Positions 47,151 to 58,600 of a stretch of 64,000 nucleotides of DNA are shown here, in pieces. How positions within the stretch are numbered: position 1 is the first letter of the stretch; each line of letters starts with the position of its first letter. This DNA is from a virus (Duplodnaviria > Heunggongvirae > Uroviricota > Caudoviricetes): the IMG/VR virus record IMGVR_UViG_3300042691_020576. One strand, given 5' to 3'. The position numbers and the translations under genes were made by a program. The notes beneath the pieces are model-generated. The model was not told the origin of the DNA, searched no databases, and saw only the letters and a program-made list of their open reading frames with translations.

Positions 47151-49991
47151 ATGAAGAAAGAGATTCTTAAAATTGCTGGTGTCAAGTCTGAAAAGGAATT
47201 CTACAAGAAGTTTCCTACAGAAGAAGCATTTATGAAAGTTCATGGTAAGGCTTTCAAAAAAGCTCAAGTAGGCTTGAATGCAACATCTTTAAAATCTATT
47301 GAAAATCCAGCTATTGATATTGAAGAAAAGACTGGTGGCGGTAGTAACTTACTTAAAACAATAGGTGAGCAAGCTGGTCCTGCTGGCAAATTAATACAAG
47401 GTTTTCAACAGTTGAGAGATGAAAAGAGAGCATTGCAAAGAGCTGAGCAGTCAAAAGCTGTGAGCGATGTAATGTTGCAAGCTTCTAGAACTCGTCCAGA
47501 ACAAACCCAACGTAGATATGTTCGTCCTGAGGATGTAACAAATACTGGTGAGGAATTCTTCCCTATCTATGGTGTAGGTACAAATGTACTTGCAAGAGAT
47601 GGTAAAACAATTGGCGGCATTCCTGGCGAGATAGCTAATACATTCGCTCCCAATACATTATATGATGATTTGGGATATGAACCATTAGAAGATAGTGATC
47701 GCTACAAACAATTTATGCATGGTGGTAAAATGCATAAAGCTGCAACTGGACTAGAAGCATTTGCAGACGCTGGTGGTGGTGACCTTTTAGGTAATATAAT
47801 CACTGGTATTGGTGGTGAAAATGCTGGTGGTAACATTGGTAGTACAATTGGTGGTGCTGTTGGTAATGCCATTCTCCCTGGTGTTGGTGGAATGATTGGT
47901 CAAGTTGGTGGTCAATTGATTGGAGGTTTGATTAACAGAAAACCTCAAAAAACTAAACAAGCTCAACAAGCTACACAACGGAATATTCAAAACATGGCTT
48001 TTCAACAAGGTATGGAAGGTCTACAGAATCAAAATACATCATTCATGAAAAATGGTGGTGAAGCTTCTGATTATAAATGGATTAGCCATACATGGCAACC
48101 TCAGAAGATTGTAAAGTTTGGTGAGCACAATTTGAAAGATTTACTCAAACCTCCTCATGATGCAGATATGCTTAGAGCTGGTGGTCATTTGAAGGAATAC
48201 ACTCCTCCTAGCGCTAGAGCTATGTCTACAGAAAGACCAGATATGGAAGTGGGTGGTGAGCTTAAAATTCATTGGGGCGGAGATGCTGAACCAATGTCTT
48301 ACAATCCATTCTTACCAGACGGTGGTGAAACAATCATGTTCAAAGGTCAGTCTCACGAGGAATCTGATGGAAAAGGTAACACTGGCATTGGTATCACATT
48401 TGGTAACAACCCTGTAGAAGTTGAAAGAGGTGAGCCTGCTGTGAAGCTGAAAGATGGTGGCATGGCTGGTGATTCTAGCTTGGTGGTATTTGGTAATCTG
48501 AAGATTCCTGATCAACTGCTGGGTGATCCAAAAGCAAAAGGTAAAAACTTCAAAAGATATGTAGCTGAGCTTTCTGAAAAAGAAGGTAAACAGAACAAGC
48601 TGGTTGAAAAGTCTGTTTCTGCTCTGGATGATGTAGAACTCATCACTCCTTTTGATAGATTGAAATTCAATGCGTTACAAGCAAATATGACTGGTGCTAA
48701 TATGAAACTAAAAGACATAGCTCAAAAGAAAATGGATGCTGCTGCTCTGCAAAGCGCCATGAATGATACTGTTGAGGAATATGGATTAAAAACCACAGAC
48801 AAAGGTAATATTATTGCCAAGCTTGGCGCTAGTATTATGAAGGCACAAGATGGTATTAAGAGTTTGGAAGCTTCTACTCTTCCTTCTGGTAAACAGAAGA
48901 GTGTGAAGGGTTTGTACGGTGGTGTTACAGAACAAGATATTGAAGCAATGAAAGCCAACAACTCTTGGTATAATTGGAAAGGATTTGATCCTCGTAAGAA
49001 AGCAGATGTTGAAAATTTCCAGAAAGCATTCAACAAGAAAGCTGAAGAAGTTGGTGTGAAATCTCGCATGTCTGTAGATGGTAAGTTGGGTAAACAAACC
49101 GTTAGTAGCAAGGCTTTGTATAACGCTGCTGATAAAACTCCTACATTCTCTTCTAGAATGGAGAAAGGAGAACCTGTTGCATTTAGTAAAGGTATTACAC
49201 CAGGTCTTGTAAATGTTGGTCCATTGAGAAACACTCCTGCTGCTGTTCCTTTTGAAGATCTTGAAAGTAAAGAGCAGAAGAGTACAAAGTTCCCATGGAA
49301 GGAGCTTTTGAACAGTGCCCTGCCTTATTTGAGACCTACAGATGCTGAGCCTCTAGATCCAAATCAATTAATGGGTGAAATGCTTGCTTTGTCTCAGAAT
49401 CAGCTAGAGCCTGTAAGAGCACAATTGTTCCAACCAGAACTCAGTGTTCCTTATGATATGTCTCTTCAGGACATTATGAATGAGAACGAAGCTACGTTCA
49501 GAGCTCAACAGAGAATGGTAGGTTACAATCCAGCTATGCAAAGTCAACTGGCTGCTCAAAAGTATGCTGCCAATCAAAAAGTGCTGGGTGAACAATTCCG
49601 TCTCAATCAGGCTATGAAGGATCAGGTTTATAGAGAGAACAGAAACCTCTTGAACCAGGCCAAGCTTCAGAATTTGGGAATTCTGGATCAGCAATATGTA
49701 AGACAAGAGCAAGCTAGGTCAAACACCAAAGCCACTACTCAAGCTGCACTTAATTCAATTGCTGCTAAATATGCTCAGAACCAATTGGAAAACAGGACAT
49801 TACAAGCTTACGAGAATTTGTACAACTATCGTTTCGATCCTAGGTTTAGAGCTATGAACATGAACCCTTTAGTAGATTTTGAATCAATGGTAGCTAATGC
49901 TGATCCCAATTCAACGATGGAAACTGGTGCTTCAACCAAATCGAAAATTTCCAAAAACGGTTCAATTGTCAAAGCTCTAAAAAATATATAA
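47151..49991 (+). CDS. Gly-rich 946-aa virion protein with peptidoglycan-binding domain
   Basis: VENFQKAFNKKAEEVGVKSRMSVDGKLGKQTVSSKALYNAA matches the PG_binding_1 pattern (LQ..L...G.....DG.fG..T..A...FQ). Long Gly-rich tract GGGDLLGNIITGIGGENAGGNIGSTIGGAVGNAILPGVGGMIGQVGG. Confidence 0.5.
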   Translation: MKKEILKIAGVKSEKEFYKKFPTEEAFMKVHGKAFKKAQVGLNATSLKSIENPAIDIEEKTGGGSNLLKTIGEQAGPAGKLIQGFQQLRDEKRALQRAEQSKAVSDVMLQASRTRPEQTQRRYVRPEDVTNTGEEFFPIYGVGTNVLARDGKTIGGIPGEIANTFAPNTLYDDLGYEPLEDSDRYKQFMHGGKMHKAATGLEAFADAGGGDLLGNIITGIGGENAGGNIGSTIGGAVGNAILPGVGGMIGQVGGQLIGGLINRKPQKTKQAQQATQRNIQNMAFQQGMEGLQNQNTSFMKNGGEASDYKWISHTWQPQKIVKFGEHNLKDLLKPPHDADMLRAGGHLKEYTPPSARAMSTERPDMEVGGELKIHWGGDAEPMSYNPFLPDGGETIMFKGQSHEESDGKGNTGIGITFGNNPVEVERGEPAVKLKDGGMAGDSSLVVFGNLKIPDQLLGDPKAKGKNFKRYVAELSEKEGKQNKLVEKSVSALDDVELITPFDRLKFNALQANMTGANMKLKDIAQKKMDAAALQSAMNDTVEEYGLKTTDKGNIIAKLGASIMKAQDGIKSLEASTLPSGKQKSVKGLYGGVTEQDIEAMKANNSWYNWKGFDPRKKADVENFQKAFNKKAEEVGVKSRMSVDGKLGKQTVSSKALYNAADKTPTFSSRMEKGEPVAFSKGITPGLVNVGPLRNTPAAVPFEDLESKEQKSTKFPWKELLNSALPYLRPTDAEPLDPNQLMGEMLALSQNQLEPVRAQLFQPELSVPYDMSLQDIMNENEATFRAQQRMVGYNPAMQSQLAAQKYAANQKVLGEQFRLNQAMKDQVYRENRNLLNQAKLQNLGILDQQYVRQEQARSNTKATTQAALNSIAAKYAQNQLENRTLQAYENLYNYRFDPRFRAMNMNPLVDFESMVANADPNSTMETGASTKSKISKNGSIVKALKNI

Positions 49992-50056
49992 CTAACTCAG
50001 TTAGAGCGATTTACCGAAAGTTGTTACAACTCTTGGAATTTATAATTATTCATATT

Positions 50057-50064
50057 AAATTTGC
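50057..50064 (+). promoter_or_regulatory. TAnnTTTG promoter-like motif
   Basis: TAAATTTG 14 nt upstream of the ATG at 50079, in the 87-bp gap after 49991. Confidence 0.25.
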
Positions 50065-50078
50065 TAACTTAACGCACC

Positions 50079-52694
50079 ATGGCTTCATTTACTGACATTA
50101 TCCCCCAATTTAACCCGTACATCCAGCAGCTTCCTGTGGAGGCTATGGTGTCTGTGGGCATGGAAAAGCAAAGGCGCTATGATGAAGGTCTTCAAAAGAT
50201 TCAAGGTCAAATTGACAGAATTGCTGGTCTTGACATCATTCAGCCTGAGCAGCGAAAGTATCTGCAGTCCAAACTGGATGAGCTTGGTAATAACCTCAAA
50301 ACTGTAGCTGCTGGGGACTTCTCAAACTTCCAATTGGTTAATTCTGTTGGGGACATGGCTAATCAAATTGGAAAAGATTCACGTATTCTGAATGCGGTTT
50401 CATCAACCAAGGCTTATAGAAAAGCTCTGCAAGACAAGGAAACCTACACAAAGGAGGGCAAGTCTTCAGCATCAAACGACTGGGACTTTGCTCAACAGGC
50501 AAATAGCTGGTTGAATGGTGACGTTGATGCTTCATTCAGTGGAACCTACAATCCATATACCAACTACAGAAAGAATGCCCTTGAGGTGATCAAGGCTCTT
50601 ACCAAGAACAAGACTATCACAGAAGACGCTTTTGATTTTGACAAGAATGGTAGAATGATCATCAAGGATGCTATTGTTCGTGAGGAGTTATCTGGTATTT
50701 CCCCTGAGCAAATCCAAGAAGCTCTGATGGCAGGTCTGACTCCTAACGATTGGAAGCAGATTGAGATTGATGGTAGATACAACTATTCAAATGTTCCACC
50801 ATCAGACTTTGTGAAAAGCATAGAGTCTACGTACAAAAATAACGTTGATGCTTTCAATAAGCAACGCACTATTCTTGAGAATGCCAAGAGCTCTACATCA
50901 TCTGCTGTAGAGAAAGCTGCTTTGGATAACAAAATCAAAGCTATTGACAAGGTGTTAGGCAAAATCAATGGTGAGTACGGAAGTATTTCCAAGATGTTTG
51001 CAAGTGGTAACATTGAAGCTGCAAAGGCTCAATTGTTCACAAACAACTTCATGAACACTTTCTCTAACGCATTCTCATTTACAGAAACAACACAGGAATA
51101 TAAATCAAATCCTTTGGCTCAAGCTGAGCAGTGGAGACAAAATAAAGATCAAGAATGGAAAAAGATCATGCTTGATTACAATTTAGGTTTAGCAAATCTC
51201 CAAGTTAGAAAAGAAGAACTGGCTGAAAAGAGAGAAGCTAATCGTATAGCAAGACTTGGTGTTGAAGGATATGGACCAATAGCTGGTCCTGTTGATGCTA
51301 ACACGCTTCCTAAAGTTGCTCTTGATACTGTAGTTGGCCAGACCAATTCGTATCTGCAGGGTGTACAGAAAATGGATAGTGATTTTGCAGCTAGTCAGGG
51401 AAAAGACCAAGCTTGGCTGAATCAACAGAAAGAAGCTTACTTGAAATCTCCTAATGGAGTGGATCCTGTTGTTAAACAACACTTTGACAATACACAAGGT
51501 GCACGAAGATTAGCTGAAGAGAACCAAGTGATGGTTACTCAAATTGCTAGCGAGGCTGATAGAAGATTTGGTACAATTGACAAGTATATTCCTAAGACTG
51601 CTCCAAACTTGACATATAGAGATGGAAAAGGAAATATATACACATACACTCCAACTGAGCTTGTTAACTTCAATTCAAAACTGAAGAACTATAAGCCTGA
51701 AGTGTATAAACCATCTCCTGATAGACCTGGTGCCCCATCACTTTCAACCACCTACGATGATGAGAAGGCTAAAAAGGAACTGAGTCCTAAAGAGTATCTG
51801 TTGTATGAAATATCAAAAGCTGGTACTAAGAACACAGGTGCAAACAAAGTGATTTGGGAAAATCTGAAGAACTATGACAAGAATGTAAATGCTGTGTACG
51901 GAAAAGTGATTGCTGAAAAGAACAACTTCATTGGTGAAGAAGTGAAACGAAGATTGCTTGCTGCTCAAGGTGTTTCTTACAGTATTCCTACAGGAACCAA
52001 AGAACAGAAAGAAAGTCTTGCTGGTATATTTTCTTCAATAGCAGACATGGCTGATAAACAAGGAGGAATTGCTTTATCCCCAGGACTAGACAAGGATGTT
52101 CTTAGAAAACTTGCTGAGAGTGGAGATGTTGAAGCAAATATCACTGTGATAGAGGGTACAGAATTTGCACCTACTATGTACCAAGTTACAGCAAGAGGTA
52201 AAGCTGGCACCACCACTTTTAACCTCACTCCTGAACAAAAGAGACTTGCGTTCCAAGATAGATTTGAACCTTCTCCTGCAGTGAGAGCTTTCAGACCTTA
52301 TCAAGCGATGATGCAAAAGTATAGCAGTCAAGATCCTACCACTGGTACAACAAGCAACTTCTTATCAACCAATCCTACAAAAGGTCCAATCACTTTCCAA
52401 AACTCATCATTAAACTCCACTGATTTTCCAGGTATAAAATCTTATGGAGTTACAGGTGCAGTGATTTCAAACGATGGTGGTAAGACTTATTCTGTAAGGT
52501 TTAATCTATACGATCCTATTACAAGAACATTCCACAATGATATTCCTTATTTCAGAATGCTTAGTGAGGAAGAGGTAGTTCCTGTAATGTCTCAAATCAC
52601 AGATGCTGCTGTGTATGAGCTGTTGAATGACGGTAAAAAAGCTACCAAAGCACAATTAGAATTATTGCAAAGAGCTTCTAAAAAACCATTATAA
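50079..52694 (+). CDS. hypothetical large virion protein (871 aa)
   Basis: Plus ORF. Its stop overlaps the start of the giant ORF (TAATG). Confidence 0.5.
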   Translation: MASFTDIIPQFNPYIQQLPVEAMVSVGMEKQRRYDEGLQKIQGQIDRIAGLDIIQPEQRKYLQSKLDELGNNLKTVAAGDFSNFQLVNSVGDMANQIGKDSRILNAVSSTKAYRKALQDKETYTKEGKSSASNDWDFAQQANSWLNGDVDASFSGTYNPYTNYRKNALEVIKALTKNKTITEDAFDFDKNGRMIIKDAIVREELSGISPEQIQEALMAGLTPNDWKQIEIDGRYNYSNVPPSDFVKSIESTYKNNVDAFNKQRTILENAKSSTSSAVEKAALDNKIKAIDKVLGKINGEYGSISKMFASGNIEAAKAQLFTNNFMNTFSNAFSFTETTQEYKSNPLAQAEQWRQNKDQEWKKIMLDYNLGLANLQVRKEELAEKREANRIARLGVEGYGPIAGPVDANTLPKVALDTVVGQTNSYLQGVQKMDSDFAASQGKDQAWLNQQKEAYLKSPNGVDPVVKQHFDNTQGARRLAEENQVMVTQIASEADRRFGTIDKYIPKTAPNLTYRDGKGNIYTYTPTELVNFNSKLKNYKPEVYKPSPDRPGAPSLSTTYDDEKAKKELSPKEYLLYEISKAGTKNTGANKVIWENLKNYDKNVNAVYGKVIAEKNNFIGEEVKRRLLAAQGVSYSIPTGTKEQKESLAGIFSSIADMADKQGGIALSPGLDKDVLRKLAESGDVEANITVIEGTEFAPTMYQVTARGKAGTTTFNLTPEQKRLAFQDRFEPSPAVRAFRPYQAMMQKYSSQDPTTGTTSNFLSTNPTKGPITFQNSSLNSTDFPGIKSYGVTGAVISNDGGKTYSVRFNLYDPITRTFHNDIPYFRMLSEEEVVPVMSQITDAAVYELLNDGKKATKAQLELLQRASKKPL

Positions 52695-55600
52695 TGGCAG
52701 AAAATCCGCAAACTCCCCTTCTTGATAGAGCTAGTTTAGAAGAGCAATTCACTGGTTATACGCCTCCCGCTGCTCCAGATCCTCTACCCAACATTCCTTT
52801 CAGAGGACTTAACAATCCTATGCCTGGTGGTGTTGCAGGTGATGGAGAATCTGTATCTGCTCTTCAAGCACTTGATGCTTCTGTAAGAAAACCTACAGGT
52901 AAAATGAGGGGTGGTTCCATCATGCGTCCTCTTAGTGAAATGAGTAATCCTAGATATGATTCTTTTGTACCTGGTGATTACAATAACGAAGATGCGTATG
53001 GTCAAGGTCAAGGATGGACTTCAAAAATGGTTAATGGTGTTGGTAAGGGACTCGCTCTTACGGGCACTACTTTCTTGCAGGGTACAGTGGGTTTGGTGAA
53101 CGGTGTAGGTAATTGGATTGCCACTGGTAATTTCAGTTCTTTCTATGATAATCCATTGAATAGAGCTCTGGATGATTTCAATAAAAAGTTGGATGATGAA
53201 CTTCTTCCCAACTACTATACAGATGCTGAAAGCACTGCTGCTTGGTATTCTCCTAAGAACCTCTTCACTGCTAACTTCCTCTGGAATGGTATTGTGAAGA
53301 ACTTAGGTTTTGCTGCTGGTGCTGCATTATCTGGAGGCGTATATGCTTCAGGTATCAAAGCGTTAAGTTCACTCCCTGGTATTGCTAGACTTGTATCACT
53401 TGGTAAGCAAGCTGAAGTGATTGCTGCTACAGAAGCCTCTTTACTGTCTGCTAATAAGGTTGCTGATACATACGGCAAAATCAAATCTCTTTCTGACAGA
53501 TTCCTTTCTTCTTACAAACTTCTCAATCCTGCTCAAAGAGCTGTTGTTGCTGGTTTGGCTACAACAGGTGAAGCTGGATTTGAAGCTTTGCAACATTTGA
53601 ATGAAGAGAGAACCAAGTTGATTGATGAATATATGGCTACCAATAATGGACTCTATCCTACTGGTGCAGCTATGGATGAAATCAACAGAAAGGCTGAACA
53701 GATTGGTGATTCATCCTTCTTAGCTAACGTTGCATTGTTGACAGCAACCAACTATATTCAGTTTCCTAAAATCTTAGGTTCTTCTTTCAAAGCAGAGAAG
53801 GGAATGATTAACTCTCTGCAGAGTGAAACAAAAGAGATTGTTCAAGAAGCTGGTAAGTTCATTGCAAAGCCTGCCGCTGGTGGTAAGATATTGGGAACCC
53901 TCAACAAGATTAGACCGTACACATTCTCTGTATCTGAAGGATTTGAAGAAGGTGCACAGTATGCTATTGGTGTAGGTACCAAAGACTACTTTAACAAGAA
54001 GAATAACAACGAAGCTACAAGCTTCCTTGATAGCCTATCAGAAGGATTCATCAACACATTCACTACCGATGAGGGTATGGAGAATGTGTTAATCGGTAGT
54101 CTGTCTGGTTCTATTATGCAGGCTAGAGGAAGATACAGAGAGCAACGAGAGCGCACTAAGAACACGGCTGAAGCTATTGAGAAGCTGAACAATTATAAAC
54201 TGTCTGATTTCACCAAGGCTACAATTGATTCTGTCAATCGTGGAACTGTTCTTCAACAGGAGAGAGAAGCTCTTTTGAAGAGAGGTGATGTGCTGAACAG
54301 TAAAGACAAGGAAGCAGATTATGTAATCAACTATCTGTCTCCACGTATCAAGTATGGTAGATTTGATCTTGTACAGGCTGACATCAATGACTACAGAGCA
54401 TTGGCTAGTACAGATGAAGGCTTTGCTCAACTTGTAGCTGAAGGTAAAGCTCTTGCTACAGATACAAGAGAAGCTTTCCTTGCACGTGTTGAGAACTTAC
54501 AACAGACTGCAAACAATGTGAAATCATTGTATCAGTCTATCAACTTACGTTATGCTGGTGCAGTGGATGAGAAAGGTAATCCTGCCTATTCACCTGCTGT
54601 AATTGACCAGATGGTATATGCTGCTTCTAAGGTGGCTGATTATGATGTTCGTATTCCTAAACTGAGTCCTAAACTGATTGCTGCTGGTATTAATGTTGAT
54701 CAGGTGGTAAAAGATGTTGTTGAGGGCAAGGTTGAAAGTTTCAACGATGCTGTTAATACCATCAAAGGAATGAAAGACATCACTGTTGATCAACAGGAAG
54801 ATCTTGGTCAAGCTCTGGAAGATGTTGCTGAAATGAGCATTCGTAGAGACAAGTTCCTGAACGAGTATAACGAGATGAAGCAATCTCCTGACAAGTTCAA
54901 GGAAGTCACTCCTGAAGAAGCTCAAGGCCCTGTACCTGCAGTGAAGGAAACTATCAAGGTAAAGGTTCAGAACAGAGAAAAAGAGATTGAGATTGGTACA
55001 GAATATTATATTGGTAAGGGTGTAGACTATGACAAGGATGGATTGGAAGTTCCTATCGAAGTGTCTATGCTCACTGTTCTTGGTGAGAACGCTGATGGTA
55101 CTCTGAGAATCAGAGATAACAAAGGTGTTGAAAGAAATATCTCTAAGGAGAAACTTGAGGATTACAAACTCTTCAAGGCTTCAGACTTGCGTAGTAACAA
55201 GACTGCTAACTATTTCTACAGACACAGAAATGAAGTGTTTGAATACAACTTTGGTAGTGGAAAGAGAACAGGTAGACTTGAATATGATAAGGGTAAGTTG
55301 TTCTTTGTATATAAAAATGACAAGGGTAAGATTGTAAGAAAACTAGTTGATAATCGTCATTTTACTCCTCAAGGAGAATACACAGAACCTCGTATCAGAA
55401 AGGTTGGTGAAATTGAGAATGCAGAACAGAAAACTGCTAGAGAAGAGTTTACATCTGCAGAAGAAATCAAAAGACAAGAGGCAACTCTTGCAAAGAATAA
55501 AGACGCACGTCTTGAAATTATTACAGAGCTCCAGAGAGAATCGTCTGAACGTCTTGATCAAGTGAATAAAAAGCTTGAAAGCAAGAAGAAAGAACTGGAT

Positions 55601-58600
55601 AGTATTCAAAAGGATCTGGATAAGATAGGTGATGAAGTGAGAGTGTCTGAACCTCGTACAAAAAGAGAGAAGGCACTTGAAGCTAAGTATCCTGAAATGA
55701 GCCGTCAGAAAGCTAAGTTTGGTAGAGTGTTCTCAACCACAAGCAAGGCTTTGACAAAACTCTCTCGCATGAGAGAAGCTGTACAGGATGAGATTGCTCA
55801 ACTTGAAGCTGAAAAGAATGAGCTTGAGTTCAACCTTTTATACTTCCAAGACTTTGGACAGAACCTTGATGAGCTTCCAGAAAACTCTGGTGAATTCCTG
55901 AAAGAACTCAAAGACCAAGTTAAGTGGTTGGAGATGTTGGTGAAGGAAACTGGAGATAACATCAACGTACTGGCTAAGCTGAGCAAGACTATTGAACAAG
56001 CTATCAAAGATTTTGCTGACCTGTTGGAAAGCTCTTTGAGCAAGTTTGATGCTGATTATCCTCAGTACATCAAGGATAAGCTGGCTGAAATCAAGGATGG
56101 TACATTTACCATCAAGAATTTTGCTGACCTGAAAGATTATCTGGCAGACTACGCTATGTTGGAAGATCTTCAAAAAGAGATCAGTGTAAACGAGAACAAG
56201 CTGCAAGATGCTGAAGATCAGATAAAGAAGTTGTATCAACAGCTTGATGAACTGGGCAACCAACATAATGCCAAGAAGCAAATTCTTGACAGGTTCCAGT
56301 CTATTGCTGATTCATATCAAGCAAGAAAAGCTGAAGAGGATGCAATCTCTAACAATGAGCAATTAATCAAAGAAGCATTGGGCACTGCTGATACAAGCGT
56401 GCAAACTGCTGAGTTTGATAAAGAATACGAACCTGCAGCTAAGAAAGCTGATGATATTTTACCAAGAGCCACAATTGGTGTGAACAGAGGTAAAGCTCAT
56501 CAGGTGAGAGCTAACAACTTTGGTTTCAATCTGAACAAGTTTGAGAACAGGGATAGGATCCGTGGTGTGTATGTTACATCCAAGAATGAAGATCAAATCG
56601 TTCCAGGATTAACTGACATGCTGAGAATGGATGAAGCAGGTGTAATCAATGAGGACATCAATAAGGATGAGATCATCGCTATGGTGATGGTTGAAGAGGG
56701 TGATGATGGTAAGATCAGAGTGGTTGGTGAAGATGGTGTACCTCTGCCTGATGGTGCAAATCCTCTGGACTTTGCTGTATTCCAGGTGTTCCCTGATGCT
56801 GATTTGAAATGGGGTGCTGAGTTTAACAACGAGAGCATGTTCCGTAAGGACACTCCTCAAGAAGTTAGAGACTCTATCACTGAACAATACAAGGCATGGA
56901 GAAAGTCTGTCCTTGAGAATCCTAGCTTGGATGAAAGACATGAAATCGAAGCGTCGTTTGGTAGAATAGAAAATGTTACAGATGAAACTGGTAAGATTGA
57001 CTATAACACCAGAACATCTGTTGTGGATTCAAATCTTGTAACTGCTGATGATCTTGAGGCATCTCAAGTGATCAATATTCCAAAACTCCCTTCAGGAGAT
57101 GGAAAACTTGCTGTTGAAAGCAAGGGTACAGTATCATTCAGAGTACCTGTAGGTACAGTGTTGTTGGAAACTGCTAATGGTCTGGTTAAACTGCAGAACA
57201 GAAATCTTAGTGAGAAAGAAGCTGAGACAGTGTACAACGCTATTCTGCAAATAGCCAAGAACATGCTCAACCCTGAGATTGGTATAAAGGATCCAAGATC
57301 AGAGCGTCTGTTGAGCTGGTTGAGATCTATTGTGTATTGGGGTATTCCTAAAGACCAAAGTGAGAATAGAAAACCTAGTGCTTACAACAGTGTCTTCTTT
57401 GAGAAAGATGAAGAGACTGGTAAACTGATGTTGTTCATTTCTGGTAAGGGAATGAAGTTCAGATTTACACCAACATCTCTTGAAGAAAACAAAGACATTA
57501 TTGTAAACCTGTTGTCAAATCTGTACAACAACATCAACTCACACAAGTCTAAGTTGCTGAACGAGCCTTACGAAGAGATTCTTTCTATCTCTGAGACTGG
57601 CGAGGTTGAGGGTAGAATGTGGCCAAACTATCAGACTTATCTATTGTCAAACACAACTCCTGATGGTAAGAAAAGAAGCGGTGAAGAACTTCCTCTGTCC
57701 ACTACAGCCAAGCCTGTAGAAGATCCAAATGCTGTGAACAGAACAGCAATCTATTTCTACACTACAGACACAGCTGATGACTTTGTTGTTCCTGTAGTTG
57801 AAAAGAAAAGAACTGTTGTTCCTAAAACTCTTGCTCCTAAAGCTGCTGCACCTGCTGCAAAACCTGCTCCTAAGGCAACAGTTGTTCCAAAAACATATAA
57901 GCTAGACAATAAAACTCGTAACGTATATGTTTCTCCTGAGGGAAACAAGATCATCTTTGTTGCGAGCCCAAATACAAATGATAGCAACTTCTCAACTACA
58001 ATCAAGATTATCAAAGGTGGTGATCTGGATGCTGTAGTTGCTAAGATCAAAGCTGCAGGTATGGATCCTGCTACCGTGTTAAAGAAAAGAATTCTTCAAG
58101 AAATTAAACCACTTCTTCCAAAAGATGAGGATGAGTTTATTATTCCTGAAGATGAAGAAGAAGCACCATCTGTTGCTGAAGAGCAAGCTGAAGATGATGA
58201 AAGCTTTGTTATACTCGAAGAGGATGAAACTGAAGAAGTTATTCCTGAGGATGAAGAAAGTATCATCTTAGATGATGTTGAGAAAACCACTGGTAAGCCT
58301 GTAAGTCAGTCTATCCTGAATGCCATCAATAAGAAGATTGCTGATGATGAAGATGAGCCTCTGCGTGCAGTGCTTAAGCAAGAGTTGGAAAGCTTTGTTC
58401 CTGAAAACTGGAATGAGGTGGAAGCTTGGTTGAACAAGAATTTCCCTAACATTCCTGTATATCGTGTCAAGAACATCATTCAAGCTACCAATGGTAAGCA
58501 AGCTTGGGGTATGTTCAAGGATGGCGCTATTTACATCTATGAGAATGCAGAGGTGGGCACTGCCTACCATGAAGTGTTCCATGCTGTGTGGAGAATGTTC

